From Casimicrobiaceae bacterium (GTDB lineage Bacteria > Pseudomonadota > Gammaproteobacteria > Burkholderiales > Casimicrobiaceae), in contig DATKJP010000235.1 in assembly GCA_035543635.1 (NCBI GenBank), positions 1-58,145 on the forward strand: a stretch of 58,145 nucleotides of DNA, in the 5' to 3' direction. Under the pieces are notes generated by a model that was given only the letters and a program-made list of their open reading frames with translations, searched no databases and was not told the DNA's origin. A program made the translations under genes and the position numbers. Each line of letters begins with the position of its first letter. Position 1 is the first letter of the stretch. Shown here one piece after another: positions 33,458-43,487 of the stretch.

Positions 33458-34354
33458 TCAGTACACGCGTCGGACGCGATAACCCTGGGCGCTCAACAAC
33501 GCAAGCAAGCCCTTCCTGCCGTACAAATGCAGCGCACCGACGGCGACGAACACGCCGCCTCGCGCCAGCGGAAGGAAGAGGCGATGCGCCATCAGCACGC
33601 TGCGATTCTCGATGAGCGCATGCGTGAGCGCAGCGTAGTGCCGGGCGAGCTCCGCGTCTCGTCCCGCGATCTTGGCGTTGATATCTGCCAGCGCAGCGAG
33701 ATCGCGCGCGAGCCAGGCACGGATCGCGGGCTCGGCCTGCGCCTCGATCTCCGACAGGTGGTCGAGCGTGTGTTTGACGATCGCCACTTGCGTGGGCATG
33801 GGAATGCTATCGAGGGCGGCGACTTGCTCGTCGAGGTCCTCCAGCCCGAGGATGGTCATGCGGCGCTCGCGCGCTGAAAGGTAGAGACGCCGGTCGAGGG
33901 TCGGTCCGTCGCTTCTGGCGCGAGCAGCGTCGATCCGGAGCAGCGCCGCCCAGGGCTTCGTCCGTGCGAGCACCTCTTCAGGCGGCGCGCTCGCGCCCAA
34001 CAGTTCTCGCAGCCTGCCGTAAGCGTCCTCGCCGAGAAGAGGAGCGAGCCGGCGTCCGTCGTCGAACTGCGTCGCCTCCGCGAAGGCCGCTCCCTCGACG
34101 TCGGTGAGATAGATTTCCATCGCGAAGCTGCGCGCGGCGGCGAACGCGCCGGCCACCGGCGCGGGCAACGCGGTCACGCGTGGGTCGCTCGAATGAAGCG
34201 TCCCGTAAACCCACGAGGGGGCGGCACCGGGCTTCTCCAAGCGCCAAAGCAGGCCGTGCTCGAACGGCTGAGCCGTCCCGGCGCTCGCCCGGAGTACGAC
34301 CCCGAGCGCGAAAATCAGCGCTGCCCTGGATGCGGTGAGCGAGCCACTCATCAC
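33458..34354 (-). CDS. TraB/GumN family protein
   Basis: Signal peptide, LWRLEKPG....WVYGTLH near the N-terminus and VAVGALHLYG..GLL..L...GY.V near the C-terminus. Confidence 0.8.
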   Translation of the reverse strand: MMSGSLTASRAALIFALGVVLRASAGTAQPFEHGLLWRLEKPGAAPSWVYGTLHSSDPRVTALPAPVAGAFAAARSFAMEIYLTDVEGAAFAEATQFDDGRRLAPLLGEDAYGRLRELLGASAPPEEVLARTKPWAALLRIDAARARSDGPTLDRRLYLSARERRMTILGLEDLDEQVAALDSIPMPTQVAIVKHTLDHLSEIEAQAEPAIRAWLARDLAALADINAKIAGRDAELARHYAALTHALIENRSVLMAHRLFLPLARGGVFVAVGALHLYGRKGLLALLSAQGYRVRRVY

Positions 34355-34542
34355 CGCATCGATTCTCTCCGATGCAACACTTCGCGTCCATCAGAGGCAA
34401 TCGCTTGAGAATTTGCATACCTTGCGCGCAAGAATGCGGTATATTTGTGCGATGGAGCACTAGGATCGGTGACAGGAGATCGATCTCGCCTCCATGCCCA
34501 TCGCCGTCCCACCCCAGCGATCAACCACCAGGAAGGAGAACT

Positions 34543-34920
34543 ATGGCTACCAGGAAGGGTAAGAAGAGCAAAAAATCCGCCAAGAAGGCGGGGAAGAAGT
34601 CGGCTCGGAAGCCGGCCAAGAAAGCAAAGAAGGCCGCACCCAAGAAAGCGAAGAAGGCAGCCAGCAAGCGCAAACCCAACGCAGCGTTCATGAAAGCGAT
34701 GACTCCATCGTCAACGCTCGCGGCCGTCGTCGGCAGCATGCCTCTGCCGCGCACCGAAGTCACCAAGAAGATTTGGGACTACATCAAGAAGAACAAGCTG
34801 CAGGACGCCATCAATAGGCGGATGATCAACGCCGACGAAAAGTTGAGGCAGGTGTTCGGCGGCAGGAGCAAGGTATCGATGTTCGAGATGACCAAGCTGG
34901 TTTCAGGTCACCTCAAGTAA
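34543..34920 (+). CDS. SWIB/MDM2-domain protein with lysine-rich (histone H1-like) N-terminal tail
   Basis: Strong SD (GGAAGGAGAA) 3 nt upstream of the ATG (7 nt from the GGAGA core). The N-terminal 45 aa are KKSAKKAGKK-type repeats. The C-terminal 75 aa match the SWIB pattern (LP.RTEVTKKIWDYIK.N.LQD...RR.I..DEKL..VFG.....MFEM.KL.S.HL). Confidence 0.85.
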   Translation: MATRKGKKSKKSAKKAGKKSARKPAKKAKKAAPKKAKKAASKRKPNAAFMKAMTPSSTLAAVVGSMPLPRTEVTKKIWDYIKKNKLQDAINRRMINADEKLRQVFGGRSKVSMFEMTKLVSGHLK

Positions 34921-35068
34921 TCGGCCCCCCGATCCACCAAATCCGCTCGCCGGCGTCGCTTTCGAGCGCACCCGTTTGATTCAGCGGCCGGTCATCGCGA
35001 GACGATGGCCGGCCGTTTCGTTTTTTGGAAGCGCGGCCACGGCGGCGCTCTCACAGGAGGAAAACACG

Positions 35069-35677
35069 ATGCAAAAAATTGTTCTGGCCACGCTGCTCTC
35101 CGCCTTCCTTCCCGCGAACATCGGGGCGCAGACCGCGTCGCCACCCACGCAACGCATCCGCGGCGACGTGATCGCGCTCGATGGACTCAATTTGCAGGTG
35201 AAATCGCGCAGCGGAGAGAGCCTCACTGTCAAGCTGGCCGATTCGTACACCGTCAACGCGGTGGTCAAGATTGGCATCGAGCGCGTCGTGCCTGGCAGCT
35301 ACGTCGGCATCGCATCGATGCCACGGCCCGACGGCACGCAGCGAGCGATCGAAGTGCTACTGTTCCCCGAGGCGCGGCGTGGCAGCGGCGAAGGCCACTA
35401 CCCATGGGACCTGCAACCCGGCAGTATGATGACCAACGCGACGGTGGCCGAAGTTGTTGCGGTCGACAAAGACCGCCGGATGACGCTCAAGTACAAGGAC
35501 GGTGAAAAGACGGTGCTCGTGCCGCCGGAGGCACCGGTCGTCACTTTCGAGCCGGGAGAGCGTGCGATGCTCCAACCCGGCGCTCACATCATCGTGAGTG
35601 CGGCCAAGCAGCCTGACGGATCGCTGACTGCAGCCGGCGTTGCCGTCGGGAAGGACGGGCTCGTACCGCCAATGTAG
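35069..35677 (+). CDS. Secreted protein of unknown function
   Basis: SD AGGAGGAAAA upstream of the ATG and a signal peptide (LATLLSAFLPANIGAQT). 202 aa, beta-rich composition. Confidence 0.65.
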   Translation: MQKIVLATLLSAFLPANIGAQTASPPTQRIRGDVIALDGLNLQVKSRSGESLTVKLADSYTVNAVVKIGIERVVPGSYVGIASMPRPDGTQRAIEVLLFPEARRGSGEGHYPWDLQPGSMMTNATVAEVVAVDKDRRMTLKYKDGEKTVLVPPEAPVVTFEPGERAMLQPGAHIIVSAAKQPDGSLTAAGVAVGKDGLVPPM

Positions 35678-35690
35678 CGCGGGAGAGTCG

Positions 35691-36569
35691 TCAGCCCGCC
35701 GCGCCGTGCGTCTGCAGCGCTCGGATGCGCGCCTCGATTGGCGGATGCGAGGCGAAGAGCGATGCGATGCCGCCGCGGTCCGTGATCCCGAATCCGGAAA
35801 GCGATTTGGGCAGCTCGCCGGGTGGCAAACCGCCCAGTCGCGCAAGCGCGCGGATCATCGGCTGCGGCGTGCCCAGGAACTGCGCGCTGCCCGCGTCGGC
35901 GCGAAATTCGCGCCGACGCGAGAACCACGCGACGATGATGCTGGCGAGAATACCGAGCACGATCTGGGCGACGATCATGGTGATGAAGTAGCCCGGCCCC
36001 GTGCCGCGCTCGGTGCGGAACACGATGCGGTCGACGAAGAATGCGACGACTCGCGACAGAAACACGACGAAAGTGTTGACCACGCCCTGGATCAGCGTGA
36101 GCGTGACCATGTCGCCGTTCGCGACGTGCGCCATCTCATGCCCGAGAACGGCCTCGATTTCCTCGCGCGACATCGACGACAGGAGGCCCGTGGATATGGC
36201 GACGAGCGCCGAGTTCCGAAACGCGCCGGTCGCAAATGCGTTGGGCTCGCCCTCGTAGACGGCGACCTCTGGCATGCCGACGCCCGCCTTGTCGGCGAGC
36301 TTGCGCACGGTCGCGACCAGCCACTGCTCTGACTCGCTGCGCGGGCTTTCGATGACCTGGGCGTGGGTCGTCCATTTCGCCATCGACTTCGAGATGAGGA
36401 GCGAGATGATGGCACCCCCGAAGCCTAAAATTGCCGAGAAGACGAGCAGCGCAAGCGGGTCCAGTCCATTCGCCGTCAGGATCTTGTCGACGCCGAGCAG
36501 GCTGGCCACGGTCGACAACACGACCAGCACGGCGATGTTGGTGAGCAGGAACAGGAAGATTCGCTTCAT
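35691..36569 (-). CDS. htpX: Zinc metalloprotease HtpX (M48B)
   Basis: [11 protein letters not shown] zinc motif, four TM segments, 292 aa. Confidence 0.95.
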   Translation of the reverse strand: MKRIFLFLLTNIAVLVVLSTVASLLGVDKILTANGLDPLALLVFSAILGFGGAIISLLISKSMAKWTTHAQVIESPRSESEQWLVATVRKLADKAGVGMPEVAVYEGEPNAFATGAFRNSALVAISTGLLSSMSREEIEAVLGHEMAHVANGDMVTLTLIQGVVNTFVVFLSRVVAFFVDRIVFRTERGTGPGYFITMIVAQIVLGILASIIVAWFSRRREFRADAGSAQFLGTPQPMIRALARLGGLPPGELPKSLSGFGITDRGGIASLFASHPPIEARIRALQTHGAAG

Positions 36570-36641
36570 GCTTGCCTCTGCGGGTCGCGGTGCTCGCGCG
36601 CGGTAGCGCGGCGCGAAAAGGGAATGCCGTCCGACGCTATT

Positions 36642-38450
36642 CTACTTGGATATCGCCCGGACCCAGGAGTCGCGCAGCGTGACGGTGCGATTGAACACCG
36701 GATGCGCGGACGAGTGGTCCTTCGCGTCGGCGACGAAATAGCCGTGGCGTTCGAACTGGAAACGATCTTCGCCCGAAGCTCGTTTAAGCGCCGGTTCGAT
36801 GTAGGCCTCGATCACGCGTTTGGAGTCGCGATTCAAATCGTCGAGGTAATTGCGCTCGGTCGGCTCGTCGAACGCCGCGTCATCGTCGAGCGTGATGTGC
36901 GAGTGGTGAAGACCACCATGCGCCTTCACGGTCAAGGCCTCCACTACGGCCGGCAGGCGCCCCGGCTGCGGGACCTTGAACAGACGATCGTAGAGGCGCA
37001 CTTCGCACGGGGTGGCATGGCTAACCGACAGCCAGTGGATATTGCCGCGCACCTTGCGCGCATCGGCGCCTGACGTTCCGCTCCGGGTTTGCGGGTCGTA
37101 GGTGCAATGCACGACGGTCACGCGGCCGGCAGCGTCGCGCTCGGCACCGGTGCACTTGACGATATAGGCGTAGCGCAGGCGCACCTCCGCGCCGGGCGCC
37201 AAGCGGAAGTAGCCCTTGGGCGGATGCTCCTCGAAATCCTCGCGCTCGATCCACAGGTTGCGGCGGAAGGCGAGCGAGCGGTGCCCCAGCTCAGGTTTCT
37301 GTGGATGGTTCGGAGCGAAGCACTCCTCCTCCCGGTCCTCGGGATAGTTGTCGATGACCAGTTTCACGGGATCGAGGACAGCGATGCGGCGCTCGGCGCG
37401 CTCGTTGAGATCCTCGCGCAGGCATTCCTCCAGCACGCTCATGTCGATCCACGAATCGGACTTGGTCACGCCGATGCGTTCCGCGAACAACCGGATCGAC
37501 TCTGGCGTGTAGCCGCGCCTGCGCAGCCCGACGAGGGTGGGCATGCGCGGATCATCCCAACCTTCCACATGGCCGCTTTCGACCAGCTCGAGGAGCTTGC
37601 GCTTACTCATCATCGTGTAAGTGAGGTTCAGGCGCGCGAACTCGTACTGATGCGGCAGCGGCCGCTGCAACAGCTCCGCCTCCGCGAGCCGCTCGATCAC
37701 CCAGTCGTAGAGCGGCCGATGGTCCTGGAACTCCAGCGTGCAGAGCGAATGCGTGATTCGCTCCAGCGCGTCCGAGATGCAATGCGTGTAGTCATAAAGC
37801 GGATAAACACACCACTTCGTCCCGGTACGGTGATGCGCCGTGTGGCGGATGCGATAGATCGTGGGATCGCGCAGATTGATGTTGGGGCTCGCGAGATCGA
37901 TCTTGAGCCGAAGCACGTGCGCTCCGTCCGAGAACTCGCCCTCCTTCATGCGCCGGAACAGATCGAGATTCTCTTCCACCGAGCGTTCGCGATATGGGCT
38001 CGCCTGCCCGGCTTCGGTCAGCGTGCCGCGCAATTGCCGCAGCTCCTCGGGGGTGGAGCTGTCAACGTAGGCAAGGCCAGCCTTGATGAAATGCCGCGCG
38101 AACTCGTAGAGCCGGTCGAAATAATCCGAAGCGTGATAAAGATGCGGTCCCCAGTCGTAGCCTAACCAACGTACCGCATCCTTGATCGAGTCCTCGTACT
38201 CGACCTCCTCCTTCACAGGGTTGGTGTCGTCGAAGCGCAGATGACAGGTGCCCCTGTTCTCCGCCGCAAGACCGAAGTTGAGGCAGATCGACTTGGCGTG
38301 CCCGATGTGCAAATAGCCGTTCGGCTCCGGCGGGAAGCGAGTGACCACTCGCCCGCTGTACCTGCCGCTACGCTGATGCTCCGCGATGATCTGGCGCAGA
38401 AAGTTGGAAGCCGGCGCAGTGTGCGAATTTTGCGGCGGTGCAGCAGTCAT
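36642..38450 (-). CDS. glnS: Glutamine--tRNA ligase
   Basis: Class I HIGH motif ([14 protein letters not shown]) and a KMSKS-type motif (MMSKRK). It is collinear with E. coli GlnRS except for a ~35-aa insertion in the C-terminal anticodon-binding domain. Confidence 0.95.
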   Translation of the reverse strand: MTAAPPQNSHTAPASNFLRQIIAEHQRSGRYSGRVVTRFPPEPNGYLHIGHAKSICLNFGLAAENRGTCHLRFDDTNPVKEEVEYEDSIKDAVRWLGYDWGPHLYHASDYFDRLYEFARHFIKAGLAYVDSSTPEELRQLRGTLTEAGQASPYRERSVEENLDLFRRMKEGEFSDGAHVLRLKIDLASPNINLRDPTIYRIRHTAHHRTGTKWCVYPLYDYTHCISDALERITHSLCTLEFQDHRPLYDWVIERLAEAELLQRPLPHQYEFARLNLTYTMMSKRKLLELVESGHVEGWDDPRMPTLVGLRRRGYTPESIRLFAERIGVTKSDSWIDMSVLEECLREDLNERAERRIAVLDPVKLVIDNYPEDREEECFAPNHPQKPELGHRSLAFRRNLWIEREDFEEHPPKGYFRLAPGAEVRLRYAYIVKCTGAERDAAGRVTVVHCTYDPQTRSGTSGADARKVRGNIHWLSVSHATPCEVRLYDRLFKVPQPGRLPAVVEALTVKAHGGLHHSHITLDDDAAFDEPTERNYLDDLNRDSKRVIEAYIEPALKRASGEDRFQFERHGYFVADAKDHSSAHPVFNRTVTLRDSWVRAISK

Positions 38451-38605
38451 CTCTTTTTGTTCATGAACAAATCGAAGCTGAAGAGTATTCTAACCGCCAG
38501 CCGACACCCCGTCATGAGCCGCCATGCCAGAGGCATGTGCGAACTCCTCGCGAAACCGCATCCAGCAAGGCTTTGCAGACGACGGTGCCAAACGGCGCCG
38601 AGCCT

Positions 38606-38696
38606 TTTTCCACAATATCTGTGGATAATAGTGTGCATATCTTGTACATTCGATTCCTAAGTAACGCCGCGCGTAGGCTTTTCTTTGCTATGCACA
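38606..38696. promoter_or_regulatory. Cluster of four DnaA-box-like 9-mers in the AT-rich glnS-xseA spacer
   Basis: TTTTCCACA (38606-38614, +). Perfect TTATCCACA on the minus strand (38620-38628, TGTGGATAA). ATATGCACA on the minus strand (38632-38640). CTATGCACA (38688-38696, +). The first two form an inverted repeat TCCACA-N5-TGTGGA. Confidence 0.4.
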
Positions 38697-38856
38697 AATT
38701 CGCGACGGCTTTTTTACCTTATCGGTCAATAGCTTGCGATACCACTTCGCAGTGCGACAGCACGCCATTTCAGCGCTCAACAACACCGCATTTTGAGCCC
38801 GGATTGGCGGTTTCTCCCACTTTTGTGTCCTGGACAAAGCGTCTGCTGCGACTGCA

Positions 38857-40098
38857 ATGTCGAACCTGGGACCGCGCGACCTCTTGATCGACGAAACTCA
38901 GGCTCCGCGTTCAGAGGTGCTTCCGGTATCGCTGTTCGTAAGCTCCGCGCGCCTGATCGTCGAGCGTCATTTGGGACTCGTCTGGGTCAGCGGGGAAGTC
39001 TCCAACTTCTCACGCGCCGCTTCGGGACACTGCTATTTCGTGCTCAAGGACGATCAGGCACAGGTGCGCTGCGTCATGTATCGCCAGAAGGTGCAGCTGC
39101 TCGGACTCGCCCTGCGCGACGGAGAACAAGTTGAGGTACGCGCGACGCCGACAATTTACGAGGCGCGGGGCGAATTCCAGCTGACTGTCGAAACCGTGCG
39201 CCGCTCCGGCTTCGGCGCGCTCTACGAGCGCTTCGCGCGCCTAAAGGCGCGGCTCGAAGCAGCCGGCTGGTTCGCAGCGGCGCGCAAGCGCGAGCTGCCT
39301 GATTTTCCGCGCGCGATAGGGCTCGTCACTTCGCCGCGCGCCGCGGCGCTTCGAGACGTGCTCGCCACGCTCAAGCGCCGGATGCCGTCGGTACCCCTGA
39401 TCCTGTACCCGGCCTCGGTGCAGGGCGACGGCGCCGCGAAGGAGATCACGGCAGCGATCGCGGCAGCAAATGCGCACGCGAAGGTCGACGTGCTGATCGT
39501 GTGCCGGGGCGGCGGCTCGATCGAGGACCTTTGGGCGTTCAATGAGGAAATGGTCGCGCGGGCCGTGTTGGAGTCCCGCCTGCCGATCGTCAGCGGCGTC
39601 GGACACGAGAGCGATTTCACCATCTGTGACTTTGTTGCCGATGCACGCGCGCCCACGCCTACGGCTGCGGCCGCGATGGTCGCCCCCGACCGAACGGAGC
39701 TGCTGTCACGATTGCTGACGACGGCCAGGCGCTGGGGCCGCGCGCTGGAGCGCGCGCTCGAGCGCCGCATGCAGCGTCTCGACCTCGCCTCGCGCCGACT
39801 CGTCCATCCTGCTGCGCGCCTCGCGCAACAAGGCGAGCGCCTGGAGCGCGCCGCCGTACGCTGGCAGCGTGCTACCGCAGCGCGGGTCGAAAGCCTTGCG
39901 CAATGTCTGTCAAGGCTCGAGGCCGGACTCAAGCATTTGAGCCCGCAGAACGTGCTGGACCGCGGTTACGGCATCGTCACAACTGCATCGGGCGCAATCG
40001 TGCAGGACGTTGCGCAGATCGCGGTTGGCGCGGAGGTCGAGCTCACTCTCGCGCGCGGCAGCGCCAGCGCGCAGATCACGAAAACGAAGAGCGCCTAG
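38857..40098 (+). CDS. xseA: Exodeoxyribonuclease VII large subunit
   Basis: N-terminal OB fold ([24 protein letters not shown]) and catalytic region ([20 protein letters not shown]). 413 aa. Confidence 0.9.
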   Translation: MSNLGPRDLLIDETQAPRSEVLPVSLFVSSARLIVERHLGLVWVSGEVSNFSRAASGHCYFVLKDDQAQVRCVMYRQKVQLLGLALRDGEQVEVRATPTIYEARGEFQLTVETVRRSGFGALYERFARLKARLEAAGWFAAARKRELPDFPRAIGLVTSPRAAALRDVLATLKRRMPSVPLILYPASVQGDGAAKEITAAIAAANAHAKVDVLIVCRGGGSIEDLWAFNEEMVARAVLESRLPIVSGVGHESDFTICDFVADARAPTPTAAAAMVAPDRTELLSRLLTTARRWGRALERALERRMQRLDLASRRLVHPAARLAQQGERLERAAVRWQRATAARVESLAQCLSRLEAGLKHLSPQNVLDRGYGIVTTASGAIVQDVAQIAVGAEVELTLARGSASAQITKTKSA

Positions 40099-41252
40099 GC
40101 TTCCTCGGGATCCGGGTTGTCGATCGAGGTCACGCCACGCTCCTGCTCGGCTGCAGGAGCGTGCGCGGCCAGGCGCGGCGTAGCGGTGGTCACGTCCGCG
40201 TTCTGCGCCCGATGGCGGAGCGCATGATCCATGAGCACGAGCGCGAGCATCGCCTCGGCGATCGGCGTAGCGCGAATGCCGACACAGGGATCGTGCCTCC
40301 CGTGCGTGTTGATGACGACCGAGCGCCCCGCCTTGTCGATGGTGCGACGATCGAGCCGGATCGAAGAAGTCGGTTTGACCGCGATCGAAACAACGATGTC
40401 CTGACCGGTGGAGATGCCGCCCAGAATGCCGCCGGCGTTGTTCGAGAGGAACCCTTCGGGCGACATCTCGTCCGAGTGCTCGCTGCCTTTCTGCCCGGTG
40501 CTGGCGAATCCCGCGCCGATCTCGACACCCTTGACCGCGTTGATGCTCATCATCGCCGCGGCAAGATCGGCGTCGAGCTTGCCGTAGACCGGCTCGCCCC
40601 ATCCAACCGGCACGTTCGATGCGATCGCCGTAATGCGCGCGCCGCAGGAGTCTCCCGACTTGCGCAGCGCGTCGATGAACGCCTCGAGCTCCTGCACGAT
40701 CTCGTCGTTGGCGACAAAGAACGGATTCGCGTCGACGTAGCGCCAATCCTTAAAGGGAATCAGCTTCGGCCCGAGCTGCGTCATATGGCCGCGGATCGTC
40801 ACGCCGTAGCGCTCGTGCAGCCATTTCTTCGCGATCGCGGCCGCGGCAACGCGCACTGCCGTTTCGCGCGCCGATTGCCGGCCGCCGCCGCGATAGTCGC
40901 GGATGCCGTATTTCTGCCAGTAGGTGTAATCGGCATGTCCCGGCCGGAAGCTGTCGGCGATGTTCGCGTAATCCTTGCTGCGTGCGTCCTCGTTACGGAT
41001 CAGTAGCGCAATCGGCGTCCCGGTCGTGCGGCCTTCGAAGACGCCGGAAAGGATTTCGACCGTGTCCGATTCCTTGCGCTGCGTCACATGGCGCGAAGTG
41101 CCGGGCTTCCTGCGATCGAGATCGCGCTGGATGTCGGCTGCGTCGAGCAGCATGCCGGGAGGGCAGCCGTCGACCACGCAGCCGATTGCCGGACCATGCG
41201 ATTCGCCGAACGACGTGACGCAGAACAGAGTGCCGAAGGTATTGCCAGACAT
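40095..41252 (-). CDS. aroC: Chorismate synthase
   Basis: Starts at [24 protein letters not shown]. Conserved RPGHADYTY and GRHDPCVG motifs. The upstream 83 codons of the track ORF are non-homologous. It has a ~25-aa C-terminal extension. Confidence 0.95.
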   Translation of the reverse strand: MSGNTFGTLFCVTSFGESHGPAIGCVVDGCPPGMLLDAADIQRDLDRRKPGTSRHVTQRKESDTVEILSGVFEGRTTGTPIALLIRNEDARSKDYANIADSFRPGHADYTYWQKYGIRDYRGGGRQSARETAVRVAAAAIAKKWLHERYGVTIRGHMTQLGPKLIPFKDWRYVDANPFFVANDEIVQELEAFIDALRKSGDSCGARITAIASNVPVGWGEPVYGKLDADLAAAMMSINAVKGVEIGAGFASTGQKGSEHSDEMSPEGFLSNNAGGILGGISTGQDIVVSIAVKPTSSIRLDRRTIDKAGRSVVINTHGRHDPCVGIRATPIAEAMLALVLMDHALRHRAQNADVTTATPRLAAHAPAAEQERGVTSIDNPDPEEA

Positions 41253-41317
41253 CGTCTTGAGCGAGTGATCGGAGCCGCCCGAGTGTAGCATGTGGACTCT
41301 CGGCTCTTCGCGCACGC

Positions 41318-42085
41318 ATGCCATCGTCCAGCGCTCCGACGATTCCGATCGAGCTCGCGCGGAAATTGCAGCGCGCACGCTTTGTCGCTGCATTGACCGG
41401 CGCGGGCGTCTCCGCTGAATCGGGGCTCGCCACCTTCCGCGACGCACAGACCGGATTGTGGGCGCGCTTCGATCCGCGGGAGATCGCAACCCCCTCCGCA
41501 TTCGCGCGCAATCCGAAGCTCGTCTGGGACTGGTACGCGTGGCGGCGCGAGCGCGTCGGCACAGTGCAGCCCAACGCGGGCCACCGCGCCCTGGCCGAGC
41601 TCGAAGCGCGCGTTCCCGAGTTCCTGCTCGTCACGCAGAACGTCGACGGATTGCACCAGCGCGCCGGCAGCCACAGCGTTGTCGAATTGCACGGCAACAT
41701 TACCCGCGTGAAATGCTCGCGCGAGGGCAGCATCGTCGAGCGCTGGGAAAATAGCGAAGGCGAAGTGCCGCGCTGCGTGAAGTGCGGCGCCTTCTTGCGG
41801 CCCGACGTCGTATGGTTCGAAGAACTCCTGCCGGCGGATGCGCTCTCGGCGGCGGAAGATGCGGCGCGGCATTGCGACCTGCTGCTGGTCGCCGGGACGT
41901 CAGCCGAAGTCTATCCCGCGGCCGGACTGCCGATGCTCGCGCAGGAGCGCGGTGCCACGGTGGTGGAGATCAATCCGAACGCGACCGCGCTCTCTTCACG
42001 TGCTGATTACGTGCTGCGCGGCCCCAGCGGCAAGATACTGCCGGCGCTCCTGGACTCCGTGTCGGATCCGCGGCGCGAGTCCTAG
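41318..42085 (+). CDS. cobB: NAD-dependent protein deacylase (Sir2 family)
   Basis: [22 protein letters not shown] and CxxC...C..C.. zinc ribbon (CSREG...CVKCG), plus [10 protein letters not shown]. Confidence 0.9.
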   Translation: MPSSSAPTIPIELARKLQRARFVAALTGAGVSAESGLATFRDAQTGLWARFDPREIATPSAFARNPKLVWDWYAWRRERVGTVQPNAGHRALAELEARVPEFLLVTQNVDGLHQRAGSHSVVELHGNITRVKCSREGSIVERWENSEGEVPRCVKCGAFLRPDVVWFEELLPADALSAAEDAARHCDLLLVAGTSAEVYPAAGLPMLAQERGATVVEINPNATALSSRADYVLRGPSGKILPALLDSVSDPRRES

Positions 42086-42089
42086 CAAT

Positions 42090-43487
42090 CTAGCTCGTCT
42101 TCGAGTCCGGATGCGTTGGTCGTTGCGCGGGGGGCGTCGACTGCATCTGCTTCGACAAGCGCCAGGCCATCCAGGCAAGCACGATCACGCCGAGGAAGAG
42201 TACGCTCCACAGGGTGGCACGGCGCAGGTCGATCGCCGGCCGCAGGCGCGCTCTTCCACCGATGGGAGTCGAGGCTTCCGCACGCGCCGTGCCCGCTGCA
42301 GCAAGCGGGTCCTTTTCGGTCCCATAGCCTGGAACGAGCGACGTGATCGGCAATGCGCTCGAACCAAAGTTTGGATTGCCGTAGGCCAGAACGAATGGTC
42401 CGCGTCCGCGCGCCGGGAATACGATCTGCTGCACGGCCCATCCGACGCGCAGGCGCGGCTGTCCGCGCCCGAAACCGCCCGACTTGGGATCCGCGCGCAA
42501 CAGCCAGTAGCGCATGCCCGCGGCGAACACCGGTGTCGGGTCCGCGGAAAGCTCGCCGCCTTCCTGCCGCAGTCGGTAGGCGATCAGGGAGGCAAAGGGT
42601 CGCCACGGCTGCTCACGCGTGGCGCGCGCGAGTAGCACGGCCGGTACGACCGCGTTGACTTCGGGCAAGTCGATGGCGACGCGATCGATCGGGAACGTCC
42701 CGCCGAGATCGAATTCGTATTCGCTTTCGTTGCCGGCCACCGCAGTGCCGGTTGCTTCGCTCCACTGGCGCGCGGCTTCCACGACGCGCTCGCCGAACTC
42801 AGCCCGCACGGCATTCAGCGCGACGGGCGATGCGCCCGCGGGCGATGACAAGCGCAAGTACTTCGGTTGCCCTGACGGGAGCTCGACGCGGTCGCGAGTG
42901 AGGCGGTGCCCGGCGTATTGCAGGTCGAGCAGCGGAGCCTCGGCTGCCAGCGTGCGCCAGCGCTCCAGGTCGTCGCTCGCTTCGATCCGTATTCGCGTGG
43001 TTAGGCCTTGCGTCTGCTCCGGCCAGACCAGCGTCACAGCGCCGATCGGCTCCGCAAGCGACGTCGCGTCCACGAGATACCCGACAAGCTTCTGCTCCGG
43101 TCCGGTCGCCGGCACATCCTGAGTCGTCACGCTCACGATGGTCCCGGAGACATTGCGCGTGATGTTGAGCGACATCCCGGAGACGTCGGCGCGATCGCGG
43201 TCGGCAAACAACGGAAACAGTGGCAGAGCGAGCGACGGTTTCCTCTCGCGCGCCGGCGCCGGACTGGGCACGTAGGCGTAGGGGACCATCCCGTCGTCGG
43301 CGTTGAATACGCGCAAGTCCCCCAAATCCATTCGCGCCGATCCGCGATAAACGGCGGGCGGCAGATCGACGCGGTAGAAGGCGTGATCGCCCTCGAGAGC
43401 TAGCGGGATGCCAAAAGCAAAATCGTCAGGCTTTTCCGCCCCCGCGCTGGTGGTCAGCAAAGCAAGTAGCAAGGCAAGGTGTTTCAT
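42090..43487 (-). CDS. DUF3999-like secreted protein with C-terminal TM anchor
   Basis: Starts at MKHLALLLALL; the ATG overlaps the upstream gene's stop (ATGA at 43484-43487). The N-terminal FAFGIPL...FYRVDLP..VY pattern is typical of DUF3999. It has a C-terminal hydrophobic helix (LWSVLFLGVIVLAWMAW). Confidence 0.75.
   Translation of the reverse strand: MKHLALLLALLTTSAGAEKPDDFAFGIPLALEGDHAFYRVDLPPAVYRGSARMDLGDLRVFNADDGMVPYAYVPSPAPARERKPSLALPLFPLFADRDRADVSGMSLNITRNVSGTIVSVTTQDVPATGPEQKLVGYLVDATSLAEPIGAVTLVWPEQTQGLTTRIRIEASDDLERWRTLAAEAPLLDLQYAGHRLTRDRVELPSGQPKYLRLSSPAGASPVALNAVRAEFGERVVEAARQWSEATGTAVAGNESEYEFDLGGTFPIDRVAIDLPEVNAVVPAVLLARATREQPWRPFASLIAYRLRQEGGELSADPTPVFAAGMRYWLLRADPKSGGFGRGQPRLRVGWAVQQIVFPARGRGPFVLAYGNPNFGSSALPITSLVPGYGTEKDPLAAAGTARAEASTPIGGRARLRPAIDLRRATLWSVLFLGVIVLAWMAWRLSKQMQSTPPAQRPTHPDSKTS

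Noticed and set aside
38451-38856. Possibility that the AT-rich, DnaA-box-containing glnS-xseA spacer is the chromosomal origin (oriC).
   Set aside because: Only four boxes are present, with no obvious tandem AT-rich 13-mer unwinding element. None of the usual origin-flanking genes (dnaA, dnaN, gidA, parAB, rpmH, hemE) is nearby. It is kept as a non-oriC DnaA-site hypothesis instead.
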